A stretch of 64,000 nt of DNA from NCBI GenBank assembly GCA_964016885.1, contig OZ024740.1, positions 270,134,001 to 270,198,000 of the forward strand, in the 5' to 3' direction. The DNA comes from Eledone cirrhosa (lineage: Eukaryota). The position numbers and the translations under genes are program-made. Below the pieces are notes generated by a model, which was not told the origin of the DNA, made no database searches, and was given only the letters and a program-made list of their open reading frames with translations. Numbering within the stretch: position 1 is the first letter of the stretch; the number at the start of each line of letters is the position of its first letter. Positions 13,167 through 27,239 of the stretch are shown here, piece by piece.

Positions 13167-13209
13167 GTAGTCCTGATGATTTCTAACAAGAATGAAACGC
13201 GTAGATTAC
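13167..13209 (+). ncRNA. Minimal type I hammerhead ribozyme (first of 6 plus-strand copies, every 310 bp)
   Basis: GTAGTC-CTGATGA-t-TTC-taacaa-GAA-t-GAAA-CGCG-TA-GATTAC: 6-bp stem I, intact core, short stem II, palindromic stem III (ACGCGT), GUA cleavage triplet. Confidence 0.9.
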
Positions 13210-14933
13210 TTCCCTTGCTTTTATCGAGAATCTAATTGTAATACGTGACGTATTCTATTCTATAGCGATTAGGTCTTCAAAATGTTTATTATAAACATAC
13301 AGAATATTTTCGAATATTCTATGTCTATATTCACATATATATCGCTATTTCAGAGCATTTATTCCAATTTCTAATTTCTGCCGGACCGGCAACCGCTCTT
13401 TCAAACCAGTTCCTGTACACAGCTAAGTATTCTATAAGTCTCTAGCTGTGTCATTCTCGATAAAAGCACTGGATATGTAGTCCTGATGATTTCTAACAAG
13501 AATGAAACGCGTAGATTACTTCCCTTGCTTTTATCGAGAATCTAATTGTAATACGTGACGTATTCTATTCTATAGCGATTAGGTCTTCAAAATGTTTATT
13601 ATAAACATACAGAATATTTTCGAATATTCTATGTCTATATTCACATATATATCGCTATTTCAGAGCATTTATTCCAATTTCTAATTTCTGCCGGACCGGC
13701 AACCGCTCTTTCAAACCAGTTCCTGTACACAGCTAAGTATTCTATAAGTCTCTAGCTGTGTCATTCTCGATAAAAGCACTGGATATGTAGTCCTGATGAT
13801 TTCTAACAAGAATGAAACGCGTAGATTACTTCCCTTGCTTTTATCGAGAATCTAATTGTAATACGTGACGTATTCTATTCTATAGCGATTAGGTCTTCAA
13901 AATGTTTATTATAAACATACAGAATATTTTCGAATATTCTATGTCTATATTCACATATATATCGCTATTTCAGAGCATTTATTCCAATTTCTAATTTCTG
14001 CCGGACCGGCAACCGCTCTTTCAAACCAGTTCCTGTACACAGCTAAGTATTCTATAAGTCTCTAGCTGTGTCATTCTCGATAAAAGCACTGGATATGTAG
14101 TCCTGATGATTTCTAACAAGAATGAAACGCGTAGATTACTTCCCTTGCTTTTATCGAGAATCTAATTGTAATACGTGACGTATTCTATTCTATAGCGATT
14201 AGGTCTTCAAAATGTTTATTATAAACATACAGAATATTTTCGAATATTCTATGTCTATATTCACATATATATCGCTATTTCAGAGCATTTATTCCAATTT
14301 CTAATTTCTGCCGGACCGGCAACCGCTCTTTCAAACCAGTTCCTGTACACAGCTAAGTATTCTATAAGTCTCTAGCTGTGTCATTCTCGATAAAAGCACT
14401 GGATATGTAGTCCTGATGATTTCTAACAAGAATGAAACGCGTAGATTACTTCCCTTGCTTTTATCGAGAATCTAATTGTAATACGTGACGTATTCTATTC
14501 TATAGCGATTAGGTCTTCAAAATGTTTATTATAAACATACAGAATATTTTCGAATATTCTATGTCTATATTCACATATATATCGCTATTTCAGAGCATTT
14601 ATTCCAATTTCTAATTTCTGCCGGACCGGCAACCGCTCTTTCAAACCAGTTCCTGTACACAGCTAAGTATTCTATAAGTCTCTAGCTGTGTCATTCTCGA
14701 TAAAAGCACTGGATATGTAGTCCTGATGATTTCTAACAAGAATGAAACGCGTAGATTACTTCCCTTGCTTTTATCGAGAATCTAATTGTAATACGTGACG
14801 TATTCTATTCTATAGCGATTAGGTCTTCAAAATGTTTATTATAAACATACAGAATATTTTCGAATATTCTATGTCTATATTCACATATATATCGCTATTT
14901 CAGAGCATTTATTCCAATTTCTATATGTATGTA

Positions 14934-15034
<101 letters not shown>

Positions 15035-15042
15035 GTATATAT

Positions 15043-15105
<63 letters not shown>

Positions 15106-15118
15106 ATTTTATAGAAGG

Positions 15119-15169
15119 AGCTTCTACAGGACTAGTACTGTTTCATTCAGATGAAATCTTCAGGAAGCT
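15119..15169 (-). ncRNA. Hammerhead ribozyme in the inverted pLTR
   Basis: Reverse complement of 17513-17563. Confidence 0.85.
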
Positions 15170-15293
15170 GGGTGTCATATTAAGTTCTGGTATTTATACA
15201 TTTAGGTAGTGGTAAGGGAGGGGTGGTGGCTGGGTGGGGGGGTGTGTGCGTGTGTGTGTGTGGGGGGGGGGGGGGGGGGGGGGTAGGATGGTA

Positions 15294-16080
15294 TTTAGAG
15301 CGGCAGCCCCCTATTACAACGCGGCCCTGGCCCGCAGCGGCTTTAGAGATAAGATCACCTATCTTAGTATAGCCTCACGCCCACCCAGGAAGAATAGGCG
15401 AAGGCACATTAGCTGGTACAACCCCCCCCCCCCCCTTCAACCGCGAAGTTTCAACACCTGTAGCTAAAATTTTCTTCACTCTCTTACAAAAACATTCCTC
15501 ACCCAATATAGCTACTATACTATCCTTAATAAGAATACCATTAGACTCTCTTACTCTACCTCACCTAATCTAGCTAGGAACTTAGCCAACAATAACATCA
15601 AGAAGCTAAATAAGTCTACTTTTTCCGAAGCCCATCCAGCAACCGATAGCAACTGCAATTGCCCTGATAAGACTACCTGCCCTCTCAACAACTGTCTAAA
15701 AAAAGATCTCGTCTATATATGCGATGTACTCTCAGGCCCTGATGAAAAAAAACTCGTACATCGGGATGACTTCTAACAGTTTTAAGACTCGCTGGTACGC
15801 CCACACACATTCGTTCCGGCGCCCAGACAAATCTAACCAAACTACACTCGCCGCCCACATCTGGCACCTTAAAAGGAACTCCATCCCCTTCAAGACCCAA
15901 TGGAGACTACTCCAGAGAGCGCGATCCTACACGGGAGGCCATAATTGCTGTGACCTCTGTATCTCCGAGAGCTATGAGATTCTATTCGCCAAAGGCCCTC
16001 TCCTCAACAAGATCTCGGAACACTCCCCTAATTGCATGCACGAGAACTATGCAAATTATAAAAACTACAGACCCACCCGG
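15294..16080 (+). pseudogene. Penelope-like RT C-terminus, Cys-rich linker and GIY-YIG endonuclease (frameshifted)
   Basis: AAPYYNAALARSGF, RRHISWYNPP, NKNTIRLSYSTSPN, CNCPDKTTCPLNNCL..LVY, YIGMTSNSFKTRWYAH, TTLAAHIW, CDLCISE. Confidence 0.88.
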
Positions 16081-16876
16081 CCCCCCCGACTGACCCCCCC
16101 CCTATCACCACCCCACCCCGTCCCCCATCCCAATTCTGTCCCTCCATCTCTCATTATTACCCTCTTTCCTCCCCTCTATCTCTCATTATTACCTTCTTTC
16201 CTCCCCTCCAGGTCTTATATATTTTGTTGTATGCCTCTGAGTAAAGTTCCGTGGCCGCACACACAAATTCACGTATATACCTACTCATGTTTGCATACTT
16301 GCAGTCATGAACTGCTGCACGCACACGTTCGTGATTTTTTTATCTATTTATCTGTATATTTATTTATTTATTTATTTATTTATTTAGTTACTTTATTTAC
16401 TTATTTATTTATGTATCTATTTATTTATTTTATTATTTATTTATTTATTTACTTATTTACTGGTTTATTTGTTTATCTGATTGTTTGTTTGTTAGTTAAC
16501 TCATTCATTTATTTATTAATTTATGAGTGAATGATTAGGTAATGAATATATAAAAGATAAAAGATAGGTAACGAATAGTGAATGGTAAATAGTAAATAAT
16601 AAATAGTAATTAATTACTTGATGATAATATTAATAACTTAGTAGTGATAATAATTATTTTAATCATCTATCAGGCCCAGTTTAAAATTTTAAATTTTAAA
16701 TTTAAAATTTGTCCCACTACCATTATACTATAGATACATGTATGAGTGCGAACGAGTGCGTGTTTGTGCATATGCGTTTATGTATACTTATTTGTATGTA
16801 TGTATGTGTATGTATGCGTGTGTGCTTGTATATGTGTATGTGTATGTATGTATATATGTATATATGTGTATGTATG

Positions 16877-16907
<31 letters not shown>

Positions 16908-16960
16908 GTGTGTATCTGTATATATATGTGTATACGCACACACACATGTGTGTGTATATA

Positions 16961-17000
<40 letters not shown>

Positions 17001-17019
17001 AAAGTGTGTAAGTATGCAC

Positions 17020-17055
<36 letters not shown>

Positions 17056-17512
17056 AAGTGTTTTTGTATGTGGTTGTGAGTATGTAAATATATTTTATTA
17101 TTTCCATTCTACAAAAACACTCTGGCCACCTGTGGCTTGTATGTTAACTTGATCACTCACCTCAGTCTGTGCCATGATTCGGTCTTGTTTAATTTCTATT
17201 ACCAACCCACCTAAAAAAATTTCCCTACTATATATCTGTTGAATTACTATTCTTGGGGTTTTTATTTATTTATTAAATTTATTTATTTTCTTTCTTTATT
17301 TACTCATTTATCTATTTATTCATTTATTTATTTATTTACTTATTTATTTATTTCAAAAAAGCATTCTGGCTAATTGACCACTCCTCATAGAAAAAACGGC
17401 TTGTGCCATGTTGTGGTCTTGTGTATCTAAATACCATCCTCCCCCCCCCCAGCCACCACACCTCCCTTACCACTACCTAAATGTATAAATACCAGAACTT
17501 AATATGACACCC

Positions 17513-17563
17513 AGCTTCCTGAAGATTTCATCTGAATGAAACAGTACTAGTCCTGTAGAAGCT
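17513..17563 (+). ncRNA. Type I hammerhead ribozyme in the Penelope pLTR
   Basis: AGCTTC-CTGAAGA-t-TTC-atct-GAA-t-GAAA-CAG-tactagtc-CTG-TA-GAAGCT, followed by AATAAA. Confidence 0.88.
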
Positions 17564-17649
17564 CCTTCTATAAAATAAACATTTTTTACTCTGCCATGTA
17601 TTGAGTACCTTACTTAGTGTGGTTATCCCCGACTCAACCCGGGACCTAC

Positions 17650-17686
<37 letters not shown>

Positions 17687-17698
17687 CAATTGTATATA

Positions 17699-18097
17699 TA
17701 TATTAATAAGAGGAATTCCAACTTTGTCTGATTTACTCGTTTTATTTACAATCCTTTAAAATATATATAATATGGTATTATAATGAAATAGTATGATAGA
17801 ATATTAAATTCTAAGTGTTAATTGAACAAGTACTTTCATGCTTTCGCAATCTTCAGGTTCATGATATGTGGTGACAGTCGAGTTTGCAATTTTCAACTGT
17901 TGAAAATTGCAAACTCGACTGTCACCACATATCATGAACCTGAAGATTGCGAAAGCATGAAAGTACTTGTTCAATTAACACTTAGAATTTAATATTCTAT
18001 CATACTATTTCATTATAATACCATATTATATATATTTTAAAGGATTGTAAATAAAACGAGTAAATCAGACACAGTTGGAATTCCTCTTATTAATATA
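17699..18097. repeat. ~400-bp near-perfect palindrome of a pLTR-like sequence
   Basis: Centre at 17898, arms about 199 bp, one mismatch seen. Confidence 0.95.
17935..17973 (+). ncRNA. Minimal hammerhead ribozyme (mirror copy 17823-17861, -)
   Basis: TGAAC-CTGAAGA-t-TGC-gaaa-GCA-t-GAAA-GTAC-TT-GTTCA, with palindromic stem III. Confidence 0.85.
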
Positions 18098-18143
18098 ATC
18101 TTCTATACACAATCATACACACCCGTGTATATTTACCTATCTA

Positions 18144-18204
<61 letters not shown>

Positions 18205-18213
18205 CTGTCTCTG

Positions 18214-18246
<33 letters not shown>

Positions 18247-18386
18247 GGTAGGTATGTAACTGCAGTTATAGGCGTCGCGCCCTTCGAAGAACTCAATGAG
18301 GTTACGAGTTCCATCTCGTGTGGGTTGTATTCCAGAGTTAAGGTGACTCAAGTGTGCAGTTTCACCAGAAGACCCAAACGCAACGC

Positions 18387-18680
18387 AGTGACCGAGGATA
18401 TATATCTGCAGGGACCAAACACAACACCGTGACCGAGGATATTGTTGGATGGCACAAACACAACACCATGACAGAGGATATATTTGCAGGGACCAAACAC
18501 AATACCGTGACCGAGGATATTGGTGGATGGCACAAACACAACACCATGACAGAGGATATATCTGCAGGGACCAAACACAACACCATGACAGAGGATATAT
18601 CTGCAGGGACCAAACACAACACCATGACAGAGGATATATCTGCAGGGACCAAACACAACACCGTAACCGAGGATATCGTT
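18387..18680. repeat. 39-bp minisatellite (~7.5 units, two unit types)
   Basis: AC(A/C)GAGGATATATCTGCAGGGACCAAACACAACACC(A/G)TG and the variant ACCGAGGATATTG(T/G)TGGATGGCACAAACACAACACCATG. Confidence 0.9.
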
Positions 18681-18899
18681 GCAGTCGGTAACAGTTGGAT
18701 ACACAATGACAAAGGCGAAATAGGATCATGTTCAATGCGCCCTACTCTAAACACGCTTGTTCAAGGCCTTGGGCGAATCTTTCTCCCACTTGCACAGGAA
18801 TCACAGTTGTGTTGCTGGAGATGGTGGTGGTGGTGGTCATGCTGCAAGCTTGACTTCGATTCTACTTGATTTCTGCCCCCCCCCCCACATCTCTCTCTA

Positions 18900-19968
<1,069 letters not shown>

Positions 19969-20043
19969 TATATAAGCAAAGATATATTTAATTTGTTGGT
20001 AATTGAACAAATTTATTTATAACAGATTCAACAGGTTTCCTGG

Positions 20044-20158
20044 TATCAATGATATTAATAAATGGAAACTATATTTAGAAAACCATATTTATTTTGTTAT
20101 ATATATAACAAAGTAAATATGGTTTTATAAATATAGTTTCCATATATTAATATCATTG

Positions 20159-20161
<3 letters not shown>
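20044..20161. repeat. AT-rich imperfect palindrome between (TA)n tracts
   Basis: TATCAATGATATTAATA..TATTAATATCATTGATA, centred on TATATA at about 20102. Confidence 0.85.
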
Positions 20162-20244
<83 letters not shown>

Positions 20245-20337
20245 ATATATATATATTACTGACCTTTCCTGTTTATAGTTGATTATAGTATATACATAAC
20301 TATAAATAGTATTATTATTATATATATATATATATCC

Positions 20338-20530
20338 AGGCGGTGGATTGGCAGTATCGGTGGAGGGTCGGAAGCCATGCTTTCCAGCATAGTTACGTCC
20401 CTTTACGATTTGAGTTCAAATCCCACCGAGGTTGACTTTGCCTTTCATCCTTACGGGGTCGATAAAATAAAGTACCAGTAATGCACTGGGTAATTGCTGG
20501 CTTTGTGCCTAAAGTAGAAACAATTATTAT
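20338..20530 (+). mobile_element. tRNA-derived SINE
   Basis: Full A-box, B-box, core and tail. Confidence 0.9.
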
Positions 20531-20533
20531 ATA

Positions 20534-20574
<41 letters not shown>

Positions 20575-20939
20575 GGGTGCAACTCGATTTCCAGTAGTGA
20601 CATTGCCAGTTTCACCGGACGGATTTTCATGTATACAAATGACTCTGTAGATTGACCGGAACCACCGAGGAAACTTATGCGATAAACGCTAACTACAGAA
20701 ACCACTCACTGCTTAATCTCGGTGAAACCATCTCTTCCAGGCCACATTGAGTTCCTACGATGTAATCGGCTCTACCATAAACAGGCGGAAATCAGTACAC
20801 AAACACACGCGCACATATATATATATATATAATGGCTGGAACTCGATTTCCAGTAATATCATTGCTTGATACTTACGCATGTGCATCATGGACGTGGCTT
20901 TTTAGTCCTGCTAGAGACATGCCCACGGCCAGCAATACA

Positions 20940-21345
20940 ATGCAAGGTAAAACATGTCACCTATCAAGCGATTCCTGTACTGGAAGCTTTTTTAAGCGAG
21001 GAAAGGCTTTGCACAGAGCCAATCCCACTCTTTGAACATTGAATGCATTTGACCAAAAAGAAGAGCTCGCCTACATAATTGGATGCAAACGGAGTCGCAG
21101 GTTTTATATCAGAGTGACCTTCCCCTAGAGAGAGGTCTTAATGAAGACTAGGAGTCTCTCGCTCCAAAAACAAAAAAATATTGGATGGCCGGTGACACTC
21201 CTGAGCTCTTCCGCCCTATGTCGGGTATTGTTTGTCATCCCGCGGGGTGTCCAAAATGCCCCTCCTCCCCCAATCAATCTTCGTGGACTTGCTGGTTTAG
21301 TCAGCAACGACCCGACCATGTACAGGTATATGTAACCAGTCAAAA
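20940..21345 (-). mobile_element. Diverged non-autonomous RTE-derived element
   Basis: Similar to 47099-47710 and 10040-10646 (GACTAAACCAGC, TTTTGGACACCC, AGAGTGGGATTGGCT). Confidence 0.7.
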
Positions 21346-22639
21346 CTCATTGCACGCGTGGAATGGATTTTTATCGGTTTCGGCGTTGGTTGTTCCAATA
21401 TTTCGATCATAAATCTGCCTCATTGTGGAATAATGTATACCTTACTGAGAACTCTTCAAATACATGTACATTTAACGTAATTCCCTAGGTGTTTCAGCGT
21501 TACACAGTGTGTGCCGGTGATAGCCTTTTGAATTACCAAGTACAGTCCATCCACCAGGCCGTCAAACAACTTCCGCCGTCTATCAAATGTATATCCCAAG
21601 ACATGTATAGACCTGAATATATGATTGTCTTAACCATTCAACAATGCTCTGTCCACGATGCATGGTAATATTCAACAAAAGTATGTTATGGAATGTTTAT
21701 AAATGCATTCATACATTCTATTTGTCTATTAAATATTTTCATTCAGTTGTTTATGTGTATTTTTCTGCTGTTCAAATCCCAATAGTCATACGTTTACATA
21801 TTGAACTCAGTTAAAATGTGTATGGTTATGCAAAATGATTATCTGTGCAAATAAATAAAGTAAATATTAATGAATTCTTTTATCTACAATAAGGGTTAAA
21901 TTGTAGTAAAGTACATGTATATCGTCTGAAATAGTCAGATATCAAAATATTACCAAAGAAACCCTATCATATTTACCTTTTGTATCATTGCAATAATTAT
22001 ATTTCCCATATAGTGATGTTAATTAATATTTTAAAATACATTTATGTTACTGGACAGCATACCAATATTTCAAGTATTTATACAAAATATATGAATACGA
22101 TAAAAACACTGTTCATTATAAATTCATTCTGAAGTTTATTTGTATATAGCAAATAATTTATATACTTTGATATAATGTATGACGGTGACAATTTTACATT
22201 CATGTATGATCTCTGCAAATATATTTCAATTAAACAAAATTACTGAGCTATTGAGGTGGTAAATTTTAATATTAAGTTGAAGTAGAAATCTATATAAACT
22301 TTTCCTATATAAACTGTTCCTATATAAACTTTTCCTGTAAAACTGTCACAACAAAAAATGTATAAGATAAAAAATGAGTCATATTATCTGCAATTTAAAT
22401 ATATAAAAAAAATAAATCTATTTCAATAAATGATGCCAATAAATAATTTTAATAAAATTTTCACTTAAGTATTTCAGTTTGTAATTTTGGTTTCAAATCA
22501 CAATCACATCTCTCCTTTCTATACTGTTTATCCAGTATATATTCTTATCATGCTGTTATAATGCAATAATTGAAAGATATGCACCCATCATATTTATTTA
22601 TATTCAATCTATTCGTTTCCTCTCAAGGAAGCCAGCGAG

Positions 22640-23355
22640 GTGCACTCTACATGTGCATGAAGTTCAACTGAAGCAGATGGATACGTTCAAATATCTCGGG
22701 GTCATGTTCACGAGTTATGGAAGGCAGGAAGCTGAATTAAGTGCAAAAATAGCAGGAGCTGGTGCAGTAATCGCAGGCTTCAGCATTCTGTAATCAAAAG
22801 AAGGGAGGTAGCTGTAAAAGCCAAACATGTTATCTTCAATTCGGTATTTGTGCCAACCCTTAACTATTGTCATGAATCTTGGGTAATGACCGAATAAATA
22901 CGATCACGAATACAAGCCGCCGAAATGGGTTCTGCCCAAGGGGTCTTTGGAGTAATGTTGCTCGACAGAGTGTGTAGCTCGGAGATCAAAGAGTCACTCC
23001 AGGTAGAGCCGCTACTTGTCCGAATTGAGAGATCACAGCTCTGTTACTATGGACATTTGGTTAGAAAGTCTCAGGAAAGAATCCTTGGAAAAAATGTACG
23101 GGCAAAATCAGCAAGCAGGAGACCCAGGGGTAGATCCCGAGCAAGATTGTTGGATGACATCCATTAGCTTGGCTGGTCTTGCTTGACGATTCAACCGGAT
23201 CTGTTGGAGCCTGTTGCTTCCGACAGGATCCATTGGTAAGAGTGTTTGAGGACTCTGCCCCCACGACCCTAACAGGAGTAGGCGAAGAAGAAGAAGAAGA
23301 AGAAGAAGAAGAAGAAGAAGAAGAAGAAGAAGAAGAAGAAGAAGAAGAAGAAGAA
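22640..23355 (+). pseudogene. RTE-clade LINE 3' fragment with (GAA)n tail
   Basis: LKQMDTFKYLGVMFT, PTLNYCHESWVMT, VEPLLVRIERSQL..YGHLVR, RRPRGRSR. A 3' UTR motif CTGCCCCCACGACCC precedes (GAA)n at 23284-23355. Confidence 0.85.
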
Positions 23356-25519
23356 AATATGTTTGTAGAAGAAGAAGAAGATTTAATGTATACATTTTAT
23401 GTCTTTAACATCCTATGAATTTGTTATGTTTTAGTGAAGTAGCAGTGGGTTATAGATTTTAACATTTCACTCTAATAATCAACGTCAATCATATAATTTA
23501 TTTTCTTTTTGCTATTTCCACGTGTATTATCTTGTGTGTGATATGGATCCTGTTTGTAATTTTATGAGGTAGATGACCGAAATGATATACTAGCAGTACT
23601 ATATGGTTTACGCTTATTACATTTGTTCCTCGGATTCTTTAGATTGAGTGAGAAGGTTTTGAATTTATGTCAATGATATTTCGTTCGATTCAAATGATTA
23701 CACACTTTGTTCCAAAATCTTTTATTGGTACTTAACTAAAAGAAATAAAATTGTCTGTTGACAGTATTATCAATAAATGTCCAGGCATAATTTAGACTCT
23801 CGTGATGACCTTTATGTTCATCTCCTTGTTAAGTAATGTAACTATTTGATAATACTCATTCTGAAATTCGTTTATATGATATACACAGCATTGGCAGCAC
23901 ATGTTCAGTCAGAGTAGTTCACTTAATATCAAAATATAATTGAGCTTCAAAGCAGATATTTATAACTCGTGGTGTGCTAAACTCATTGTTACTTATTCTA
24001 CCATATTTCATTTCGATTTTAAGTACAATTAAATGTTTGATTTAGGAAACACTACACCAGAGTTTAATAGAGGAAAATAGAAGGATTTTATACAACTGAA
24101 ATTAACCTCTTATCCTGATGTGCATATGAATACTTTAAAGCGATGAATTTAACAATTACATTGGTATATTAAGACATCCTTGGAAAGAACGTTACAAAAT
24201 GTACTAACAGATATAATTTAGAAGGCATTAAAACGCTAACTACACATGAATCATAAGAGTAAAATAATAGAACATTCAAATCAGACCATATATAGTGAAT
24301 AGGCACATATGTTATAAAGTAACTGATATATAGAAAAAAGGCTAATAAAATACTGAATACAATGATTATACAATTGTTATTTAGATCATCCACATCGTCA
24401 GCTTTCCGAAATAGAAAATATTGCTTGAATGGCTTCAGGACTAATAATGGATGTTTCCCTAAAAAACGATAATCCCATGTATACAGGAGCAAAGCATTTT
24501 AGTTATGCTACAAGATATATACGAATTGTGAACACTTTATTCACTAAACGATTACAATTATTCATCTGATTTTAATGTTATTAGAAGGCAATGCAAAATT
24601 AAAACATGAGTTCATCAAAATATATATTTCAAGCAAAATTGAGTAATTTACAGGTTTAAAGTATATGCCAGCGTCACGCCCTCTTATGATATAATTGAAC
24701 TCTTATGATATAATTGAACAAATAGCGTGGTAATTTAAGGGTATCTATTGATATATACAAAAGATTGCTGAAATAACACGGACTCTACAATTTAATTCTA
24801 ACACAAAAGAAATAATACAGACAGGAAGAATGTTAATACAAATAATGAAAATGTTAAACTTTAAAGGTTAACGATCGAAATTAAACGAAAAGAAACCGGT
24901 ATTATAAATGGTAGAAAATATAATGAGATGCGTTACTGTTACAAATTAATGTTAGAATTGTATCTTTATTTAATGTTTTTCGTGAACAACTGTAATGCTT
25001 AAAGTGGTGATCTTCGTTGCCAATGGGTCTCAAAGTAATTAACAGTAGCTCTATATTTTTTAAGACGATTAATTATTTCTAATCATTAAAATGTTTAACG
25101 TTTCAGTTTTTCCTGATTTCAACGGGTATTTCATAAATTCTAAAATTATAACCTAATATAGCTTTTGGATTAGATTCTTCCAGATTATTCAATAACTATA
25201 TCTACTACAAGGTTCTGGTATTGTATTATACTAAATTATATGAGTAATTTGTTATGTATACATATTGCTACCGATCCTTGTCCTTTGAACTGTGAAGTGT
25301 GTATCTCAAATTTCTAAGATGCAAGATTCAACTGTAAATTCATCAAACCATAGTCAAATTTGATTTCAAAAAGTAAAACACTCCAATAAAACACGCAGAA
25401 CGTTATTGAAATACATGTCATGTGAGTGATATGCCCATGTATGGAGAAAAAAGGATTTTCAAATATTGATACTGCACAAAAATTCATTATATCAATATGC
25501 TACCAACGAATATATATAT

Positions 25520-25580
<61 letters not shown>

Positions 25581-25581
25581 G

Positions 25582-25656
<75 letters not shown>

Positions 25657-26473
25657 TCAAGTAAAAAAATTCAACTATAAAATCATAACTTTTAGAAGGA
25701 AATTGAAAAATGTAAATTGTCTTCCTTGACAAACATACGTGATTTATGGATCGCATATAACATTGAAGACAATGTCCGAACTAATAGAGAATTGCATAAG
25801 GTTTAGAAATATATTATGATTGCAATTTACTGCGCCTGAAGGGAGGGGAAGAATGTAGAGTGTTCAAAACATAAAGTATTCAAAAATGAATGTGATGGGA
25901 TTCATTAATTGAAAGGAATAGAAAGAGAACAGAATGATGCTCAGAAGAGAAGGAGAAGAATATTTAATAGCTCATGGATAGCAGGAATAGAACGAGAATC
26001 CCAGTAAAAACAAAAGAAGACATTGTAATAAATACATACAATATAATGGAGATGATAAAGGGGTAATACTTACAACATAATATATTAAAGAACGATAACA
26101 CATTTTTTCGCTATACAGTGAAATATAGCCTTATAAATAAAGTGGAATTAGAAGATACAAATTTTGGATAATAAATGGAAAGTATGAAAATAATAAATAA
26201 TGAAAAATAGGGAAGGTGGAAGGTAATGGCAAAATATACACCTAAATTAACTGCTCTTCCTCCGAAGGGGTGACGAAAATCGTTATAGGTAATCCAGTTA
26301 GAGTACTCCGGGTCGTGGATAGTTTTAACGTACGGCTTTGTTTGACTCAACACTATGTTTCCATAGCTATGCAGCGAGTGTGCGGTAATTTGTATGCAGG
26401 TTATACTTGGAGTAATAATATTTAAAGAAAGAAGAGTAACATGATAGGCTGTATAATAAGGGTTTTATTTAAA

Positions 26474-26584
26474 GTACTGACAATTGTTTCGTTGATCAGC
26501 TGTGTCTAGAGTTCGCTACTCACATGGTGCTGTGTCAATCGATCTCCAATACATTGTTTATAACTGTTCAACTCATCAGAGCAC
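26474..26584 (-). ncRNA. Hammerhead ribozyme in a Penelope-type pLTR relic
   Basis: GTGCT-CTGATGA-GTTGA..(long insert)..TCAAC-GAAA-CAATTG-TC-AGTAC, then AATAAA. Palindromic stem III and GUC triplet. Confidence 0.8.
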
Positions 26585-26899
26585 ATAGAAATGAAAATAA
26601 TTTACTCGAGGCAAGACTTATATAGAAAAGTAGCGTAACACCAAAACATCAATAATAAAATCACTAATAAAATAGCGTTTAAATAAAACAAACATCAATA
26701 GTAAAACATGTATGGTAAATAGATGGAGAAGTTACAGATGTAAATCAGTAAAATCGGATAGGGTACATTAAAGAGTAAGAGTACTAATAAGAAGATGAGG
26801 AGATGGAGAATACAAAGAAATAAAAAGATAAAAAAATAGTAAAATAAAGGAATAAAGGGGTCAGATAGTGTACATAGAATTAAATTTTAGTAGATTTTG

Positions 26900-27228
26900 A
26901 GAAAATGTTTACTTCTTTTATTACAGTTATATATATTTCGGTGATAGCCGTTCCTTGGGTATTTTAACCTTGGCGGAGCCCATCCCTCTCTAGGTCGGAT
27001 TACAGCAGATTTCTTCCAGAGAAAGATAGAAAGTTAGGAAGAGGAAATGAGAAGGATATATAGAGGAAGAATCCACCCCAGTACTAGAGTGGTACTGTTG
27101 TTAACGACCTCGAAAGGAGAAAAGGCAGAGTTGACCCTGGCGGGATTTGAACTCAGAGTGGAAAGAGCCGGAACGAATGCCATAAAGCATTCTATCCGAC
27201 GTTCTAACGACTCTGCCAATTCCCCGCA
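26900..27228 (-). mobile_element. Long-tailed SINE variant
   Basis: tRNA-like head and core, with a tail shared with 7670-7950, ending near AATAAA. Confidence 0.65.
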
Positions 27229-27239
27229 TATATATATAT

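Larger units (their letters stand above)
10741..14923. repeat. Tandem array of 310-bp hammerhead-bearing units with an internal inversion (retrozyme-like)
   Basis: Unit starts at 10741, 11051, 11361, 11671, 11981, 12291, 12601, 12911. Orientation switches at about 13008, then a recurring landmark at 13011, 13321, 13631, 13941, 14251, 14561, 14871. Units look identical by eye. Flanked by (TA)-rich tracts. Confidence 0.97.
15102..17650 (+). mobile_element. 5'-truncated Penelope-like element (Neptune-like) with inverted pseudo-LTR at its 5' end
   Basis: 15102-15299 is the reverse complement of about 17426-17578. The body encodes the RT C-terminal region and a GIY-YIG nuclease. (TA)n lies on both sides. 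Confidence 0.88.

Noticed and set aside
10741-14923. CRISPR array or 5S/snRNA/tRNA gene cluster
   Set aside because: There are no variable spacers, no cas genes and no recognisable RNA-gene sequence or pol III boxes. The hammerhead explains the unit better.
15724-16530. 268-aa membrane-anchored nuclease
   Set aside because: The hydrophobic tail is (TTTA)n 3'-UTR read-through of a frameshifted Penelope ORF.
20338-20430. tRNA genes at SINE heads
   Set aside because: A and B boxes are present but there is no full cloverleaf, and each head is followed by the SINE core and tail.
26920-27025. Hammerhead in the long SINE tail (CTGGAAGA..GAAATATATA)
   Set aside because: The core does not fit CUGANGA and stem I does not form.
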